Below, piece by piece: positions 49,120 to 62,729 of a stretch of 64,000 nucleotides of DNA; position 1 is the first letter of the stretch; every line of letters begins with the position of its first letter. The translations under genes were made by a program, and so were the position numbers. The DNA is from Podarcis pityusensis (lineage: Eukaryota), in assembly GCA_964106645.2 (NCBI GenBank), contig OZ067047.1; one strand, written 5' to 3'. The notes beneath the pieces were generated by a model, which worked only from the letters and a program-made list of their open reading frames with translations, made no database searches and had not been told where the DNA came from.

Positions 49120-49420
49120 AAGACGAATCCCTGACGTCCTCCTCCTCCTCTTGCCCGAGCTGGCGGCTTCCGTCGCCATAGCAACCGCCTCCGGCGTCCA
49201 CTTCCGGTGACGTCAGTTGCGACCCGGAAGGACTTGCGCCTAGCAAAATCGTTGCCGGTAGAACGTTTGCGAGGCTTGTGCGCGGCGGCCGGGGTGCCGT
49301 TTGGCGTTTCTTGGCTCCCTCGTGCTGGGCGCCTCGCTTCTCGTCGGAGCCTCTGGTATCGCGAGAGGTCGCGCCGAACCCGGAAAAGCCTCAGCATGTC
49401 TGACAACGAGGATAAGTAAG
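49120..49420. promoter_or_regulatory. CpG-rich bidirectional promoter shared by C22orf23 (-) and POLR2F (+), with RFX X-box (49172-49185), ETS/GABPA sites (49201-49207, 49224-49230) and a full CRE (49208-49215)
   Basis: GTCGCCATAGCAAC, CTTCCGG, TGACGTCA and CCGGAAG read directly from the sequence between two head-to-head genes. Confidence 0.85.
49396..49415 (+). CDS. POLR2F: POLR2F coding exon 1
   Basis: ATG TCT GAC AAC GAG GAT AA|gtaagg. Confidence 0.95.
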
Positions 49421-50035
49421 GGACCCTCGTGAGGGGAAAGGGATGGGGGTGGGTCGCTGGGGTTTCTGTAGGCAGCAGCGGTGGTATTTACGCAGGGCGC
49501 TTATTTTGTGCTGTGCCGCTGGATTCCCAAATATTAAACGCCATTATTGACACAGTTACAGATAGGTAGCCGTGTTGGTCTGCCATAGTCAAAATAAAAA
49601 AAATCCTTCCAGTAGCACCTTTAAGACCAACTAATGCCATTATTGACATTATTCTTATTACGTCCTCCCTCCAGGGAACTCAGGGAAGCCTACCTGGTTA
49701 TTCCTATACACATTCTATCCACACAACAACCCTGTGAGGTAGGTTAGGTGGAGAGAGAGGGACTGGCCAAAACTCAACCAGTGAGCTTCATGGCTGACCA
49801 ACAGTTTTGTGGTGGTGATGGCCACAAAAGTTCGATGATTTTAGAAGAGGATCGACCAAATATTGCCAGTGACTATTGGCCACAGTGGCTATGCCCTGCT
49901 GCCACAGTTGGCACCAGTAATCTCTTTGAATACCAGTTTGTAGAACTACAGGAGGGGAGCATGGGATTTTTTGGGGGGGAGGACTTTTGTTAGGGGAGAG
50001 GGCAGAAGTGATGTGATTGGTCAATTAGTTACGTA

Positions 50036-50277
50036 CAGTGGTACCTCGGGTTACATATGCTTCAGGTTACATACGCTTCAGGTTACAGATTCCGCTAACC
50101 CAGAAATAGTACCTCGGGTTAAGAACTTTGCTTCAGGATGAGAACAGAAATCGTGCTCTGGCGGCATGGCAGCAGCGGGAGGCCCCATTAGCTAAAGTGG
50201 TGCTTCAGGTTAAGAACAGTTTCAGGTTAAGAATGGACCTCCAGAACGAATTAAGTGCTTAACCCGAGGTACCACTG
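50036..50277. mobile_element. Tc1/mariner-type MITE (242 bp) in POLR2F intron 1
   Basis: Perfect 18-bp TIR CAGTGGTACCTCGGGTTA; TA TSD. Confidence 0.9.
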
Positions 50278-51141
50278 TATTTCTATTGTTTTACTTGATC
50301 GGGGGGGGGGGCAGCTGCCCCCCCTGCCCCCTTTGGCTATGTCCATGGAGGGGAGAGCAGTCTTGTGCTTGAATCCAGATTTTGGTAGGTGGTGGTTGGG
50401 TTCTTTTCTTTCCCTTTTTCTTATACTGTATTAAGGTGAAAAAAACTGAAAGGCTGTGATTTGTCTGTGGTCGCTCTTTAAACTAGTTGCCAAGCTGAAA
50501 CATAAGCCAAGCAGTCAGTTCAAACTCTCATAAATTAATTTGACTATTAGCTTCCAAACCTTCCACTCAATGCAATGGAAAGGATTGTGAGAATAAGGTG
50601 CATTGTTTACATAGAGGTACATGCTATGTATCTCATGTCATGGCAGCCATGCTCATAAGTTTCTCACCTCATATTATGTATAGTATTTTGAACTGGTCCA
50701 AAGTGTCTTAAAGTTGGAAGGAATCCAGTGAGTCACATTAGGCCTTGAAGCAGGACTAGTGGCCCACAAACTTTGACTAGCCACTACTGCATGTTGCCAC
50801 CAACCTTTCCCCAAGTCTTCTGCGATATGCAAAAGATTCATGCTGGGATTTGGAGATTCTTGGAAGATGTACGAGAGCTGTGATGGCAGGTTTCAGTTCT
50901 CCAATCTTGGAAGCCTTGGCAAAGGAGATGAGTTGAACATATTTTGTTGATGATTTTGCAAAGGGAATCTTGCTGTTAGTAAAGTTTAAGCAAGATACAG
51001 TAACTAGCCAATTCCACAAAAAGTTATTTGAGTATTTAGTGGCTATTATGAAAACAATTAAGAGAGTATTTGAAGACAGTGATGTAGTAAGATTTGAGCT
51101 CTGAAATTTTATATAAGCCTTTGATACATTTCTTCCTCCAG

Positions 51142-51211
51142 TTTTGATGGAGATGATTTTGATGATGTGGAGGAAGATGAAGGACTGGATGATCTGGAAA
51201 ATGCTGAGGAG
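51142..51211 (+). CDS. POLR2F: POLR2F coding exon 2
   Basis: ctccag| [23 protein letters not shown] |gtaagt. Confidence 0.97.
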
Positions 51212-51607
51212 GTAAGTGACTTCAGTATATGATGTCCTATAGCCTATGTAAACATCCCAACATTTACCTGCACTTCTTGTATCTGTGTCTGTAACCTGTA
51301 CCTGCACGGTTCCTATGTCTAACGTCAACAACTCCTCCAAAACTCATGTGATGAGAACAATAGAAAAAGATTAGGGAACAAGTTCTAATCTATTAAGGTG
51401 AACATATCTCATAGCCTTTCTTTTTTTTTTTTGAAATGGTAAAACTTAGTCTTCTGTGTTAATCAAATAAATACTTCTCTCTAATGGTTTTCCTCTTTCA
51501 GACCTTTATTTTAAAATATTTTATTGAAATCTTCTCTGTAGATTTGAATTTGATCTCAAGTGGCTCTAACAACTAATACACATATAACTCTGTGAATATG
51601 GTTATAA

Positions 51608-51760
<153 letters not shown>

Positions 51761-53114
51761 TAAGTATGATTTTGGTCCAGGAATATGGATATTCGTCAAT
51801 GAAAATTGGTAGAACTTATTTCATGTGTTTAAAGTTACTTCTGTTTAGATCTACACCTAGTTCTTATCTCAGTCCTCTCCCCCTCAGAAGATTTGGCGTT
51901 CCAACCAAGGATAATACCCCTGTGCTATAAAGCAAGTTAGGTGTTTTAGCCAAATCCCAGAAGGTTTTAGGCTTTTTCTATAATTTTCTGCCCCCTTCTT
52001 TTGCCCCATTGTGCAACAGTGCCCCTCCAGAAAGCAATAATAAAATAACATTTGGGAAGCATTTCAGAACAACTAATGAAGAGGAATGATGTGTGGATGG
52101 GCCAGTAACACACGGTTATTGTGACAGTGACATGTTGCAGAATACACCCACACAAAACTCTGGTCTTGAGGGGCCACATGTGTGTCAACTACACATGCAG
52201 TGGATCACCAAAAGAAGTAAGCTGTGCATAAGGGGTGACAAAGAACAGGTTGCATATAATCTGCCACCCACTGAAAGCTTTTCATATGAGGATGTGAAAA
52301 TTCACCTTTTACTCTGGTTCTAGGTTTTCATATAATTCCAGTCCGTTATATTGTCATAAAATGTAGGTATCTCATTTTTCTAGAGTGCTGTTATGGAGAT
52401 GTGCTTTAAAGTATCTAAGATAAGGGGGGTGGTGGTCTTTTTTATTATGGGTCCACAAACAAGCAAACAATAAATGCATTATAAACAACAAAAAACCTGA
52501 AAAGGTTAAAACTTAAAATAATTTAAGCATCAACTCAATTAAAAAAAATGTTTATACTTAAAATAGTGGAAATGAAAGGGAAAAACAAACTTATCAGCTT
52601 ACATACTAATTATATAACAAAATGGTACATAATATTTCATTTTTTCTCTTCATATTTTATGTTCTTGTAGTTAGTAAATACATTTCATTTTTCAGTGAAT
52701 GTATATGATGCACAGTCTTCTTTACATTGATAAGTAAGCTTAGTCAAGGAGAAAAGTGTTTTCTTCTTCTTAAAGAGGTTCCCATTCTGTATCTCTGAGT
52801 TAATACCTGTTGCTGCATAACTTAATATGCCATGAATACAGAATATAGGCCTGTAGGAGCTAGATCAGTGTAGCATGCATAGTTATTTTGCTGAGAATGT
52901 TTCTTCAAATTCTCATCCAGGTTTAATATTAGATGTGAATGCAGCATTGGCTTAGTGCATGTTTTGGTTATAATAATATACAGGTTATTTCATAAAAAGA
53001 CCAGTATTTCCAAGCAATATTATTCATGTGCAAACCAGAATTTTTAGAAAGCTAATTTGCATCCATAATTGTTAAAATAAAAACTGTCTTGAATTTAAGG
53101 TGTATTGCCTAGAC

Positions 53115-53250
53115 CAGGCATCCCCAAACTCGGCCTGCCAGATGTTTTGGGACTACAGTTCCCATCATCCTTGACCACTGGTCTTGTTAGCTAGGGATAA
53201 TGGGAGTTGCAGTCCCAAAACATCTGGAGGGCTGAGTTTGGGGGTGCCTG
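53115..53250. mobile_element. Palindromic hAT (Charlie-like) MITE, best-preserved copy of a family with many degraded copies in the window (e.g. near 6.5, 21.1, 22.4, 27.4, 28.8, 33.6, 36.0, 36.9, 46.8, 57.5 and 57.7 kb)
   Basis: Near-complete internal palindrome (ccagatgttttgggactac...gcagtcccaaaacatctgg); TSD GCCTAGAC/GTCTAGAC. Confidence 0.82.
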
Positions 53251-54203
53251 GTCTAGACATTTTGTATGTTCTGAATAAATGATGTGTGGTCCGAGTCTCT
53301 TAAGTTTCCTGGTAAAACAATTTTTTCTAGTACATTGATGCTACTTATATTAGCACATAATAACATCACTGTTCACACAAGGGAAGGTATGAAGGGCAGG
53401 AGGTGGGATATCTATCTAGGCACCAAAATTACTACATCTACTCCAGTCTACTGGGCAAAGAGAAAGGGAAGCTTTAGGGTGAGGTACTGAAAGTACCTTG
53501 CTCCACCTGTGTTTGTTGTTACTTGAGATACCTGATGTCTTGCAGAAGATGGAGATTTTCCCTGCTTGGCATTCTGTAAAATCTGGAAGTGAAAAGCAGC
53601 CCTTCTCTGCTCAGGATTAACTGGTCACTGAAAGTGAAGTGATGTCCAGTGTTAGGCAATATCTTCTGTTTAGGGCTTCAGGGAAGCACATGGAATCAGT
53701 GTAATGCAATACAGTACTCCTGAGCTGAGCCTAACAGTATCTTTCCACAACATTGAAAGGGCAAAAATAAATGTAGTTTGTAGATACAAAAGATCCCTGG
53801 ACTGCTTTTCTCCCTGAAGTTAATAGGAGTCCCACATAGCGCAGTTGCTTTGATAAGCCAGCTGAGACATGTTTGCTGGCGCCTGTCAGAATAATGTGTG
53901 TGTCTGACAATTATACTCTCTGTTTGCTTTATTTATTTCAAATATTTCTATTCTGCCTTTTTGCCCACAAAAGGGCCCCTAAGGTGGCTTTCAATTTAAA
54001 AACTACAATAGAAAATTTAAAAAACACAATCAAAACATCTCAAACAAATAAAGCAAGTGGTATTAAGTGACCTCAGTTAAAATAGCAGCAAGCAGAAATC
54101 ATGAAACTAGGTCAAAAAGCTAACAGTAGAAGGATAAAAACACAGGTTAAATAAAAAATATGATGCAAGATGGAATTCACTGCCCACTCTGAACTGAGAA
54201 TAG

Positions 54204-54344
<141 letters not shown>

Positions 54345-55519
54345 TAAGTTGGAGATTTTAACCATGTGTGCGTGATTTGTTGTAGAATGCTCAGCCCTGA
54401 AAGAGGAAAGTTGATATAAAGCAATGTGAAGAAGAGGGCTTCATCCCATCTCTTAATATTTGCTGTCATTTCATTCACACGTAGATTACAGACAAGGCTG
54501 GTATTGATATGGAGTTTAAATGGAAAATTCATTTTCTTATTAAAAGTGCAGTAGAACCTTCATTAGCTTGAAAGCCATAGTGCCACTTCATAAATTACGT
54601 AGGAGTTGTGAAAGAAGTGCTGGCGACTTGTGCTCCTGCTATAATGCAAGTGAGATTCATAACTTCAGCTTCACACATTACAGAAGTGATGAGAAAAAGT
54701 ATGACAAATCAATCAACCTTTCCTCGCATCTGTGCTAGACTTTTATATATTTCATTTATAGCTCGGTTTTCTCCATAAGAGTCTAGAGATTTGGCTCTTG
54801 TTTTCCATATAATTTAGCATCTGTACATCTGTGTCTGTATAACTTCGTGGAAACAAGTTTGAATAGTCCAAACATTAAAAGTATGTAAGCTTGTTTTGTT
54901 GTAAGCTTGTTTTAATGCATGTTTGAGCTGTGTGGAAGGAGTCATGATGAGGGGCACCAGTTACGCCATTCTGGACACGGCTATGTAATGAATTCTTGTG
55001 ATTTTTAAAGATTTTCATGTGGGGTTTTTTTTACTGTTCATGTGCTGCAAGATTATAAGCCTGATGTCCTGGACAAATTCCAAGCTGGCTAATTACATTG
55101 TTGACCTAAAAAGTCGTACTTAGATTAATCTGGATTTGAGTTTCTTTCCTTTCAGTCCTGAAATGTTCACTTTTCCAAATGCTTTTTTACAGCCATTGTA
55201 TTCCACTCAAAGGTGGGGCCGTTTTCAGTGGTTGATGAGGTGTGTGAGCTCTTTAGATTCTGCTAGACAGATGTGTTATAGATAGGTCAACATGTGTCAG
55301 ATATTTGTGTCATCCCAGCAGGATCTTTATTCAATTGTTTCTTCACCTCGGGGGGGCGGGGCGGGGCGGGGATGATCCATTGATTGGGATTCAGTATTAC
55401 TAAATCAAACCATTTCCTGCTGAGCTGTGGGGGAACTCATCACTTAATGTCAGAAGTTTTTGTAAACATTTTGTGTGATCTTACCCTACCAAAGTGCCCT
55501 TGGATGCGAAACTCCATGA

Positions 55520-55657
<138 letters not shown>

Positions 55658-55716
55658 TCAGCTATCCTTCTGTGCTCTGACTTCACTTTGACTGCAGATG
55701 TTTTTATTTTTGTGTA

Positions 55717-55722
55717 AATAAA
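55717..55722 (+). terminator. POLR2F polyadenylation signal AATAAA
   Basis: AATAAA 60 nt after the stop codon, with T/GT-rich sequence downstream. Confidence 0.75.
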
Positions 55723-58417
55723 TACTAAAACCCCACTATAAATGTTTAGTTGCTTACTTGTTCCTCTTACAACTTAATTCCGTGAAGAGGTCGTAGTATC
55801 CTTTTTTCCTTTCTGTTTTTCTGGAGCTTCTAGGCTACTTGGCCTATTGCTAGATTTGAGCTTTGAAATACTACATCAGCAAACTAGTTGAGGACCACAA
55901 GAACAGACTCTCATGTACTTGTTTCTGACTGCCATGTTGTATATTTAAGTGTTTTTTAAAGTGATTGTGCAGCTGCCAGGCTGCCAGGTGCCCTCTAAGG
56001 CAATTGAGAGACACCCTCCCCCCTGCCCAACCCACACCCTTTTCCAGGGGCCTGTAGTAGAGGAGACCTTTCTCTTGTCTGCCAGCAGACAGACATGCCT
56101 TTGTGCCTGGGAACAAGTTGCCTTGGAAACCCCCAATTTCCCCTCTGATCAGGGCTGGCTCTGTGGGCTTCTCAGGAGTATCACAGAGCAACTCTCATCA
56201 AATCTCCCATTGTTCCCTTCTTCTGCCCCAGCTTCTTATCAATCAACAGGATCCCCTTACAGTGGCAGTTCTGCAGCAGAAAGCACAGTTGCCTCTATGA
56301 ATCCCAACCCAGTGAGGCTCTGTTTTACATCTTTAGGTATAAACTATGATTTACGGTATGTATCAGTGCACCTCTTTCCCACAGATCCCATCATAGCCTT
56401 AATGTAAGTACATCTGGTCTTCCTATTGTAAGGAAGTGAGGTTCTTAAATTTTAGTGAATCAACCACTATTGAGGCAGGGATCTGTTTGAGGCACTCTGT
56501 GGGTAACAAATGGAAATATTCACTTTTGAAAAAAACAAAATAGAAAAGAGCAGCTATTTGGATGCTTCTGGATGGGTTTCTGTGTTAGTCTGTTCTGGAA
56601 AAAATAACAGTGTCTTTTGGCATCTTAAAGACTGACAAATTAATTGTGTCTCTTCATTGTTTTTGCTGTGTATCTTAGATCTAAAGATCTGCATATAGCA
56701 CTAATTCCAGATTTTAGGTACTGAAAGCAGATTTTAAAGCAACAACCATCCTTTAAAAACCACCCTTTAAAAACAGCACCACCTTTAAATTGCTGCACTG
56801 CAAGTTTTAAAAAGCAGTTGGTGGTAACCTGTAAAAGTGTCAGAAACAAAACATCTTAAGCGGATGACAAAGCTACAAAGTGGGTGGACAACTGAAGTTC
56901 CCTGGGCAAAGAATTCCAGAAGTGAGTTTTTAATAATTTGGGGTGGGGGAGAGAACCACTCCTAACTATACTATGCTCTTACAGACTCCACCAAATGTAA
57001 GCCACTCTGTGATCATCAAAGGAAAGGTGGTATATAAATGTAAGAAATCAAAATAAATAAATACATCATGAGTTACAGAGCAGAGCTTGATTTGCTGATC
57101 TCAGTGTGAGTGGAAGTACATGAGGCAGCAGGCACTCCCTAAGCATGTAAAGTGGTTTTAAAGGTCAACAGCAGCATCTTGAATTGGGGCCGAAAAAGAA
57201 GTGGGCAGACAGATCAGCATCAGAATAATATGATCTGTCCTAGACAAAGCTACCAGTAGGTGGAAAGCGCATTCTGTATTACCTTTCCAAACAGTCCAGG
57301 GCAGCACGTTACAACAGTTTAAACCAGACCTTGCCATCGCAGAGACGATAGGAGCAAAATTCTGGGCTAAAAGAATGTCTTAGATGGTTTGCCAACAAAA
57401 GGTGATGGAAAACATTACTGGACACTTTCTCCACCTGAGAATTAATCAGCCATACACAGTCAAGGAGCACTTCCAGACTGCATGAATCAGGAGTGAAGAA
57501 TCTGTAGGACTCAAGAGGTTAATCCCACCATCCCTGGTTATTGGTCATGCTGTCTGGGCAGATGGTAGTTGTAGCCCAACAGCATCTAAAGAGCCACAGG
57601 TTTCCTACCTCTGATCTATAATGGTGAAAGTCACTGAGGTCAAGTAGCACTGTTACACTCTGTCTGCTGAATTCTAATAATCTAGATCTGTGGTAGCCAA
57701 TGTCCCCTCCAGATGCGGATACAACTTGCATCAGCCCCAGCCAGCATAACTATTAGCCAGAAATAATTGGAGTCCAACAATATTAGGAAAGCACCAAGGT
57801 GGCTACTCCAGATCTAGAGTCTAAGTGTAAACTTTAGTTAAATTCTGCACAAATCTACCATCACTTGTACTCAAGTTGCTACTTCCTTGCAATTTCATTG
57901 CCAAGAACTACTCCAAGTAGAAATCCTTCTTGTTAGCAACATGAGAGATCATGGCAAAATACTTTTTGATTTCAATAATCAACTTGGCTACAAACCAAAA
58001 CACTAGTGGGAGCAGCTGGCAACATCTCCAGAATGTTTAGAAACCAATTCGATTCATCAGTCCTAAGAGGAAGACATATCTGAATTGATCTCATAGGAGA
58101 CAACTCCTAGGGGCTGAGGGGGCTTCAGCCCCTCCTCATAAAATATTTGAGGGAGCCAGGCCCCACTCCCAAAATTGATGGGCATTGCCATTCAAATGGT
58201 GTGATTGCACCGCATCATGTGATTGATTATTGTGGGGCAGGGCTCACCTGCCCCCCTCCCCCAATATTTTTTTCACGTTGGCATCCCTGATTGATCTACC
58301 AACGCTGTGTAAGTGAAGGACTTTCACGACCTGCGCCCTGACCAGGTTTCAGTTTGTGCATGACAGCTGCAAAACGGAAATGTTGCCTTAAAACCCAGCA
58401 GTAGAGCACGTGCTTTG

Positions 58418-58899
58418 TGTCAGGAGCTGGAGCCCAGTGGAGGTCAGCAATTCAAATAAAGCAAAACAGTGCAGGCCTAGTCACCTCAGTAGGTCTTGCC
58501 CCCATGTAGGTCTTGCCTAAGTCCCCTCCTCTCCAGGGGTTCCCCCAAGCAATTGGAATTGTGTCTGCATGCAATCTTTACCCTGCTCTTTTCATTTCTC
58601 TGTGTGTTCTGGCAGACCAGTGGCGAGGGGAGCTGGTCGCATCAGGATGGGGAGACTTCCTGGATTCTTCAGCAGCCAGCCTCCTCTCTGTCTCCTATTC
58701 CCCCTCCTCTACCTCCTCTGAATAAGGACTGCTCTCTGCCCCAGCCTCTTCCTGCTCACTAAACCCTGTTGCCCCTTCAGCTTCTTCCTCCTCCTCCCAG
58801 ACTGTCCCATCGTCATCGTCATCCCACCACTGATCCCCTAGCTCTGAACCTTCTTTCCTTGGTTCCTGCCACTCTTCTGCATCTAGCCAGTCCATGACA
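58418..58899 (-). mobile_element. Solo LTR (482 bp) of a second Gypsy-like family, inserted in a SINE
   Basis: TGTCA...TGACA termini; perfect 5-bp TSD CTTTG; SINE sequence continues on both sides. Confidence 0.82.
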
Positions 58900-60492
58900 C
58901 TTTGCATGCAAAACATCCCAGGCTCTGTCCCAGGTATCTGCAGGAAGGGCTATGGAAAATACTCCTGCCTGAAACCTTGCAGAGCCAATGCCAGCCAGTG
59001 GGGAAGGTATTGAGCTAAATGGATCGGTAGCCTTGATTTCGGTCTAAAGCAGCTTCCTGTTACTCCTCATCCATGTGACCAGTGTAGGGTATATGTGCCT
59101 TGCCAGTGACCAACAGTTGCCGTGGGTGCCATGAAATCCTGAGCTACATCTGACAAGGCAGATTTGATATGGCTGTATCCCCCCACTCCAGCCGCAGCCC
59201 TCAAATACCAACAGCCTTCATCCTGTGTTGTGTGTTGCTTCAGGCAACCCATCGATAATGTCTTCCCATGTGAAAATGGAATGCAGAGATGCGAACGGCG
59301 ATTTAATCAAGGGAGCGGTTTAAGAGGCAGTTTTGAGAAATGACCGCTTTAAAGGGATATGATAAGCAGCTGTCAGCAGGAGCAGGGCACTGAAGCCACA
59401 AGGAATGTGCTGTGTGCTCACAGCAACCTGGCCAGGAAAAGGTTAATCTGTGGAGTTAAAGCTTACAGGCCTCCTTGTCCTCCCCGCTCCCCCTGGCGTT
59501 TAATCACGTTGGCGTGATGAAATTTCAGTAATGAAATGTGCCTTTGTGCGATCATTTTGGCATCTGCAATGGAGCGCGGGAGTAGTTTTCTTGGTCCTCT
59601 TTTTTAAAAAAAGCTTCTTTGTTTTAATGCTCCCCCCTTCCCCCAGCCCAAGCCTTGCATCTATATCAGATACAATTAAAGGGATAGCGAGGGACTCTAG
59701 GCCAGCTCCCACCAGACTGCGAAAGGGAACGTGCAGCCCCTTTGTGTCCACTGTGGAAGCTGGTGGGTGCTGGATCCTGCTTTTGCTGGGAAGACAGAAG
59801 TGGAGTCGTTGGCACTAACTCCTGCCAGTCAGTGACCAAGAGAGCCTGCCACCGCTCTCTTAAGCAGTCTTCTTCATAGGGAAGTCTGGGGACCACTTGA
59901 ATTAGGCTGGGTGTTTGGTCTCATGTGCATCACTTTTTTGCACGTTCCCCTAATCCAAATCCCAGCTGTGCTTCTGCAAAGGCAGGATTTGAGCCTGCAC
60001 TTTATTCTTAGCTATCTTTCTTAACTTTTAAAAATGGCTTTTCTCCATCGCTCTATTTAAAATATTTTCTCTGCCTTGGATTTTCCAAGGGCATGTCTTC
60101 ATGTGCACTTAACCACAAGGCAATTTGCTCTGCTGTTGCTTTTGCCTGCATATCCAGGGAGCAACTTCTAGAGGGGTAGCCGTGATAGTGTGTTGCTGCA
60201 AAAACAGTCTTTGGGATCTTAAAAGACTAATATTTATGTTGGCATAAGCTTGGGATGCATCGGATGAAGTGGGCTCTAGCTCACCACAGTTTATGCCACA
60301 ATAAATCTGTTATGAAGGATCAAGTGCCCTCTAGAATTAAGCAGTATCCTAATTTCTGTCTCATTTGCCATCTGAAGGCATCTGAATGTGTAGCCATGTC
60401 TGGTACAGACTCTGATTAGATTCCAGTGCCAGCCAGAGGCCACATTTGCCCAGGTGTTTGCTGTGCATTAGCACTTGAGCCGTATTTGATTA

Positions 60493-60734
60493 CAGTGGTA
60501 CCTCGGGTTAAGTACTTAATTCGTTCCGGAGGTCCGTTCTTAACCTGAAACTGTTCTTAACCTGAAGCACCACTTTAGCTAATGGGGCCTTCTGCTGCTG
60601 CCGCGCCGCCGGAGCACGATTTCTGTTCTCATCCTGAAGCAAAGTTCTTAACCCGAGGTAATATTTCTGAGTTAGCGAAGTCTGTAACCTGAAGCGTATG
60701 TAACCGGAAGCGTACGTAACCCGAGGTACCACTG
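60493..60734. mobile_element. Tc1/mariner-type MITE (242 bp), inverted copy of 50036-50277
   Basis: Same TIR and TA TSD; ~15 substitutions relative to the first copy by manual comparison. Confidence 0.9.
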
Positions 60735-62506
60735 TATTAGATTTTACTGGGTGTTTTAAGTTTGTGAATAATATTATTTTCTTAGTGGTTTATTACACGT
60801 GTTGCATTTTTTTTAAATGGTGAAGGAACTCTGCCCTGGGCTTGTTTTTACAAAGAGAGATCGGGTAATGCATACATTAAGAGCAGTTCTTCATGTTTCC
60901 GCTTGCTGACCTATCCCTTCATAATCCTCTTTCTCCTCTTCACTTTAATCCATGGGTGCAATGGTGGCTAAGTGGGCACTTAACTGAGGCAGAGTACCTC
61001 CCCTCACTTGATTAGGCAACTTCTGGCACCATGATGGAGGCATGGTCCAAATTGCTTAATTTGGCTGGGCATTTAAAGCATTTGAACTGGAAAGACCCTC
61101 TGTAGGCGTGGAGCCAAAGATTCCCATTAAAGCCAGTCGGGATAATGTCAGGCCAAAGCATAATCCACTCGCCTACTGCATTTTTGCATGTGCCCACGCG
61201 CAGAAAACGGGCAAAGTGTCTGCTCTGTCATTCAAAAACGTGGCATTTCCTAACTCTTTGAAGTGACCTCTGGCTGCGTATCCCCCCCTTCTTACCTTTT
61301 GCTACCCTTGGCCTTGCAAAAAGATATTTCAGAGTGAAGAAAGGATGTGTCGTCTGTTCGTCATCTTGAAAGGCTGGCTGTGGAACCATTTTATCTGATG
61401 GAGTGGAAAAGCCGGGGGAAGCTTCTGTAAATGGTGTTTCTTTCTCCTCCTGACTACTGTGCAGTATGACAGCTCCGAGATCAGAGGGTGTCAGTTGCCT
61501 TCAAGGGTAGTGCAGAGGCTTGAAACAAAGGAATCATGGTTTGGAGTGGAAATGCCAGTGGTGTGGAGCAAAGGATGGGTTGTTGCTGCCATAAGCAATC
61601 TGCTGGAGGTGTGCAGGCAGCAATGGGATGGAGGAGGCAGAACATCCTCTTTTACTTAACCTTTGGCTTTAACTGAGCTATGCATGATAACGGCAGGTTC
61701 TCTGAGCTCTCTCTCTCTCTCTATGTGTTTCAGTACTACTAGAATGTGATGCTACCCAGTGGAATAGATTAGAAGGAGGCTTACAAAACGAAGTCATACT
61801 TAATGCAGTGTGTAACTTACAAATGCATTGAATCAGTTGCAGGTATGGATGGGGGAGATATTCTGCTTAGATCACAATTAAAGATGAGCCTACCTAATTT
61901 GTACTTCCCAAAGATATAGTCAAACTGAAACACAGCCTGCCTTTGAAATTTGCATTTATCTGAATTTTGCAATGCCATGTGCACAAAAATGCATATATTC
62001 ATGGAAGCAACATACAGAAATGCTTTAACTTAGAGGACATTGCTTTGCAAAAAAGTGTGTATTAGGTAAAGCTGTATACAAAAACGTGCTTATTCAGGGA
62101 CAAATTCACACTAAAATACTGGTGAGGACTTTAAAACGAACAGTTTGGGGGCCTGATGTGGAAATGTGAAGAACTGAACTTAAGTCAGGAAAAATGAGAA
62201 ACTGAAATGAATAGTTTTGCCCATGCCTAGCTGAGAGGGACCTCAGCGTTTGCTTAGTCAAGTCCCCTGTCACTACATTCCCACAGAAGGTGGGAATGGG
62301 TGCTTCTGCCAAAAGATTAGATGCAGACCAGGGCGTGGATCTCATTTGGGATTATCCCTGAAAACTAACTGCGTGGAACTTAGGTCACCCAGCAAAGACA
62401 GTTCTTAGTTACCATTTGTGCCCTTTCAACAATGTTTAGGGAAGAAATATGAAACACCATTTTCATATTGCATATGTACTACTGCTATTAGCCGCCTTGA
62501 GCACTG

Positions 62507-62729
62507 CAGTCGTACCTTGGAAGTCAAACGGAATCCATTCCGGAAGTCCGTTCGACTTCCAAAACATTCAGAAACCAAAGCACGGCTTCTGATTGGCTGC
62601 AGGAAGCTCTTGAAGCCAATCGGAAGCCACTGAAGCCTTGTCGGACGTTTGGCTTCCAAAAATAGTTCGCAAACCAGAACAATCACTTCCGTTCAAGAAC
62701 TAAGCTGTTTGAAAACCAAGGTACGACTG
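62507..62729. mobile_element. Tc1/mariner-type MITE
   Basis: Perfect 14-bp TIR CAGTCGTACCTTGG; internal palindrome gcttctgattggctgc...gaagccaatcggaagc; TA on the right, TG on the left. Confidence 0.82.

Noticed and set aside
50777-51340. 187-aa minus-strand ORF
   Set aside because: Antisense to POLR2F intron 1/exon 2; no recognisable protein.
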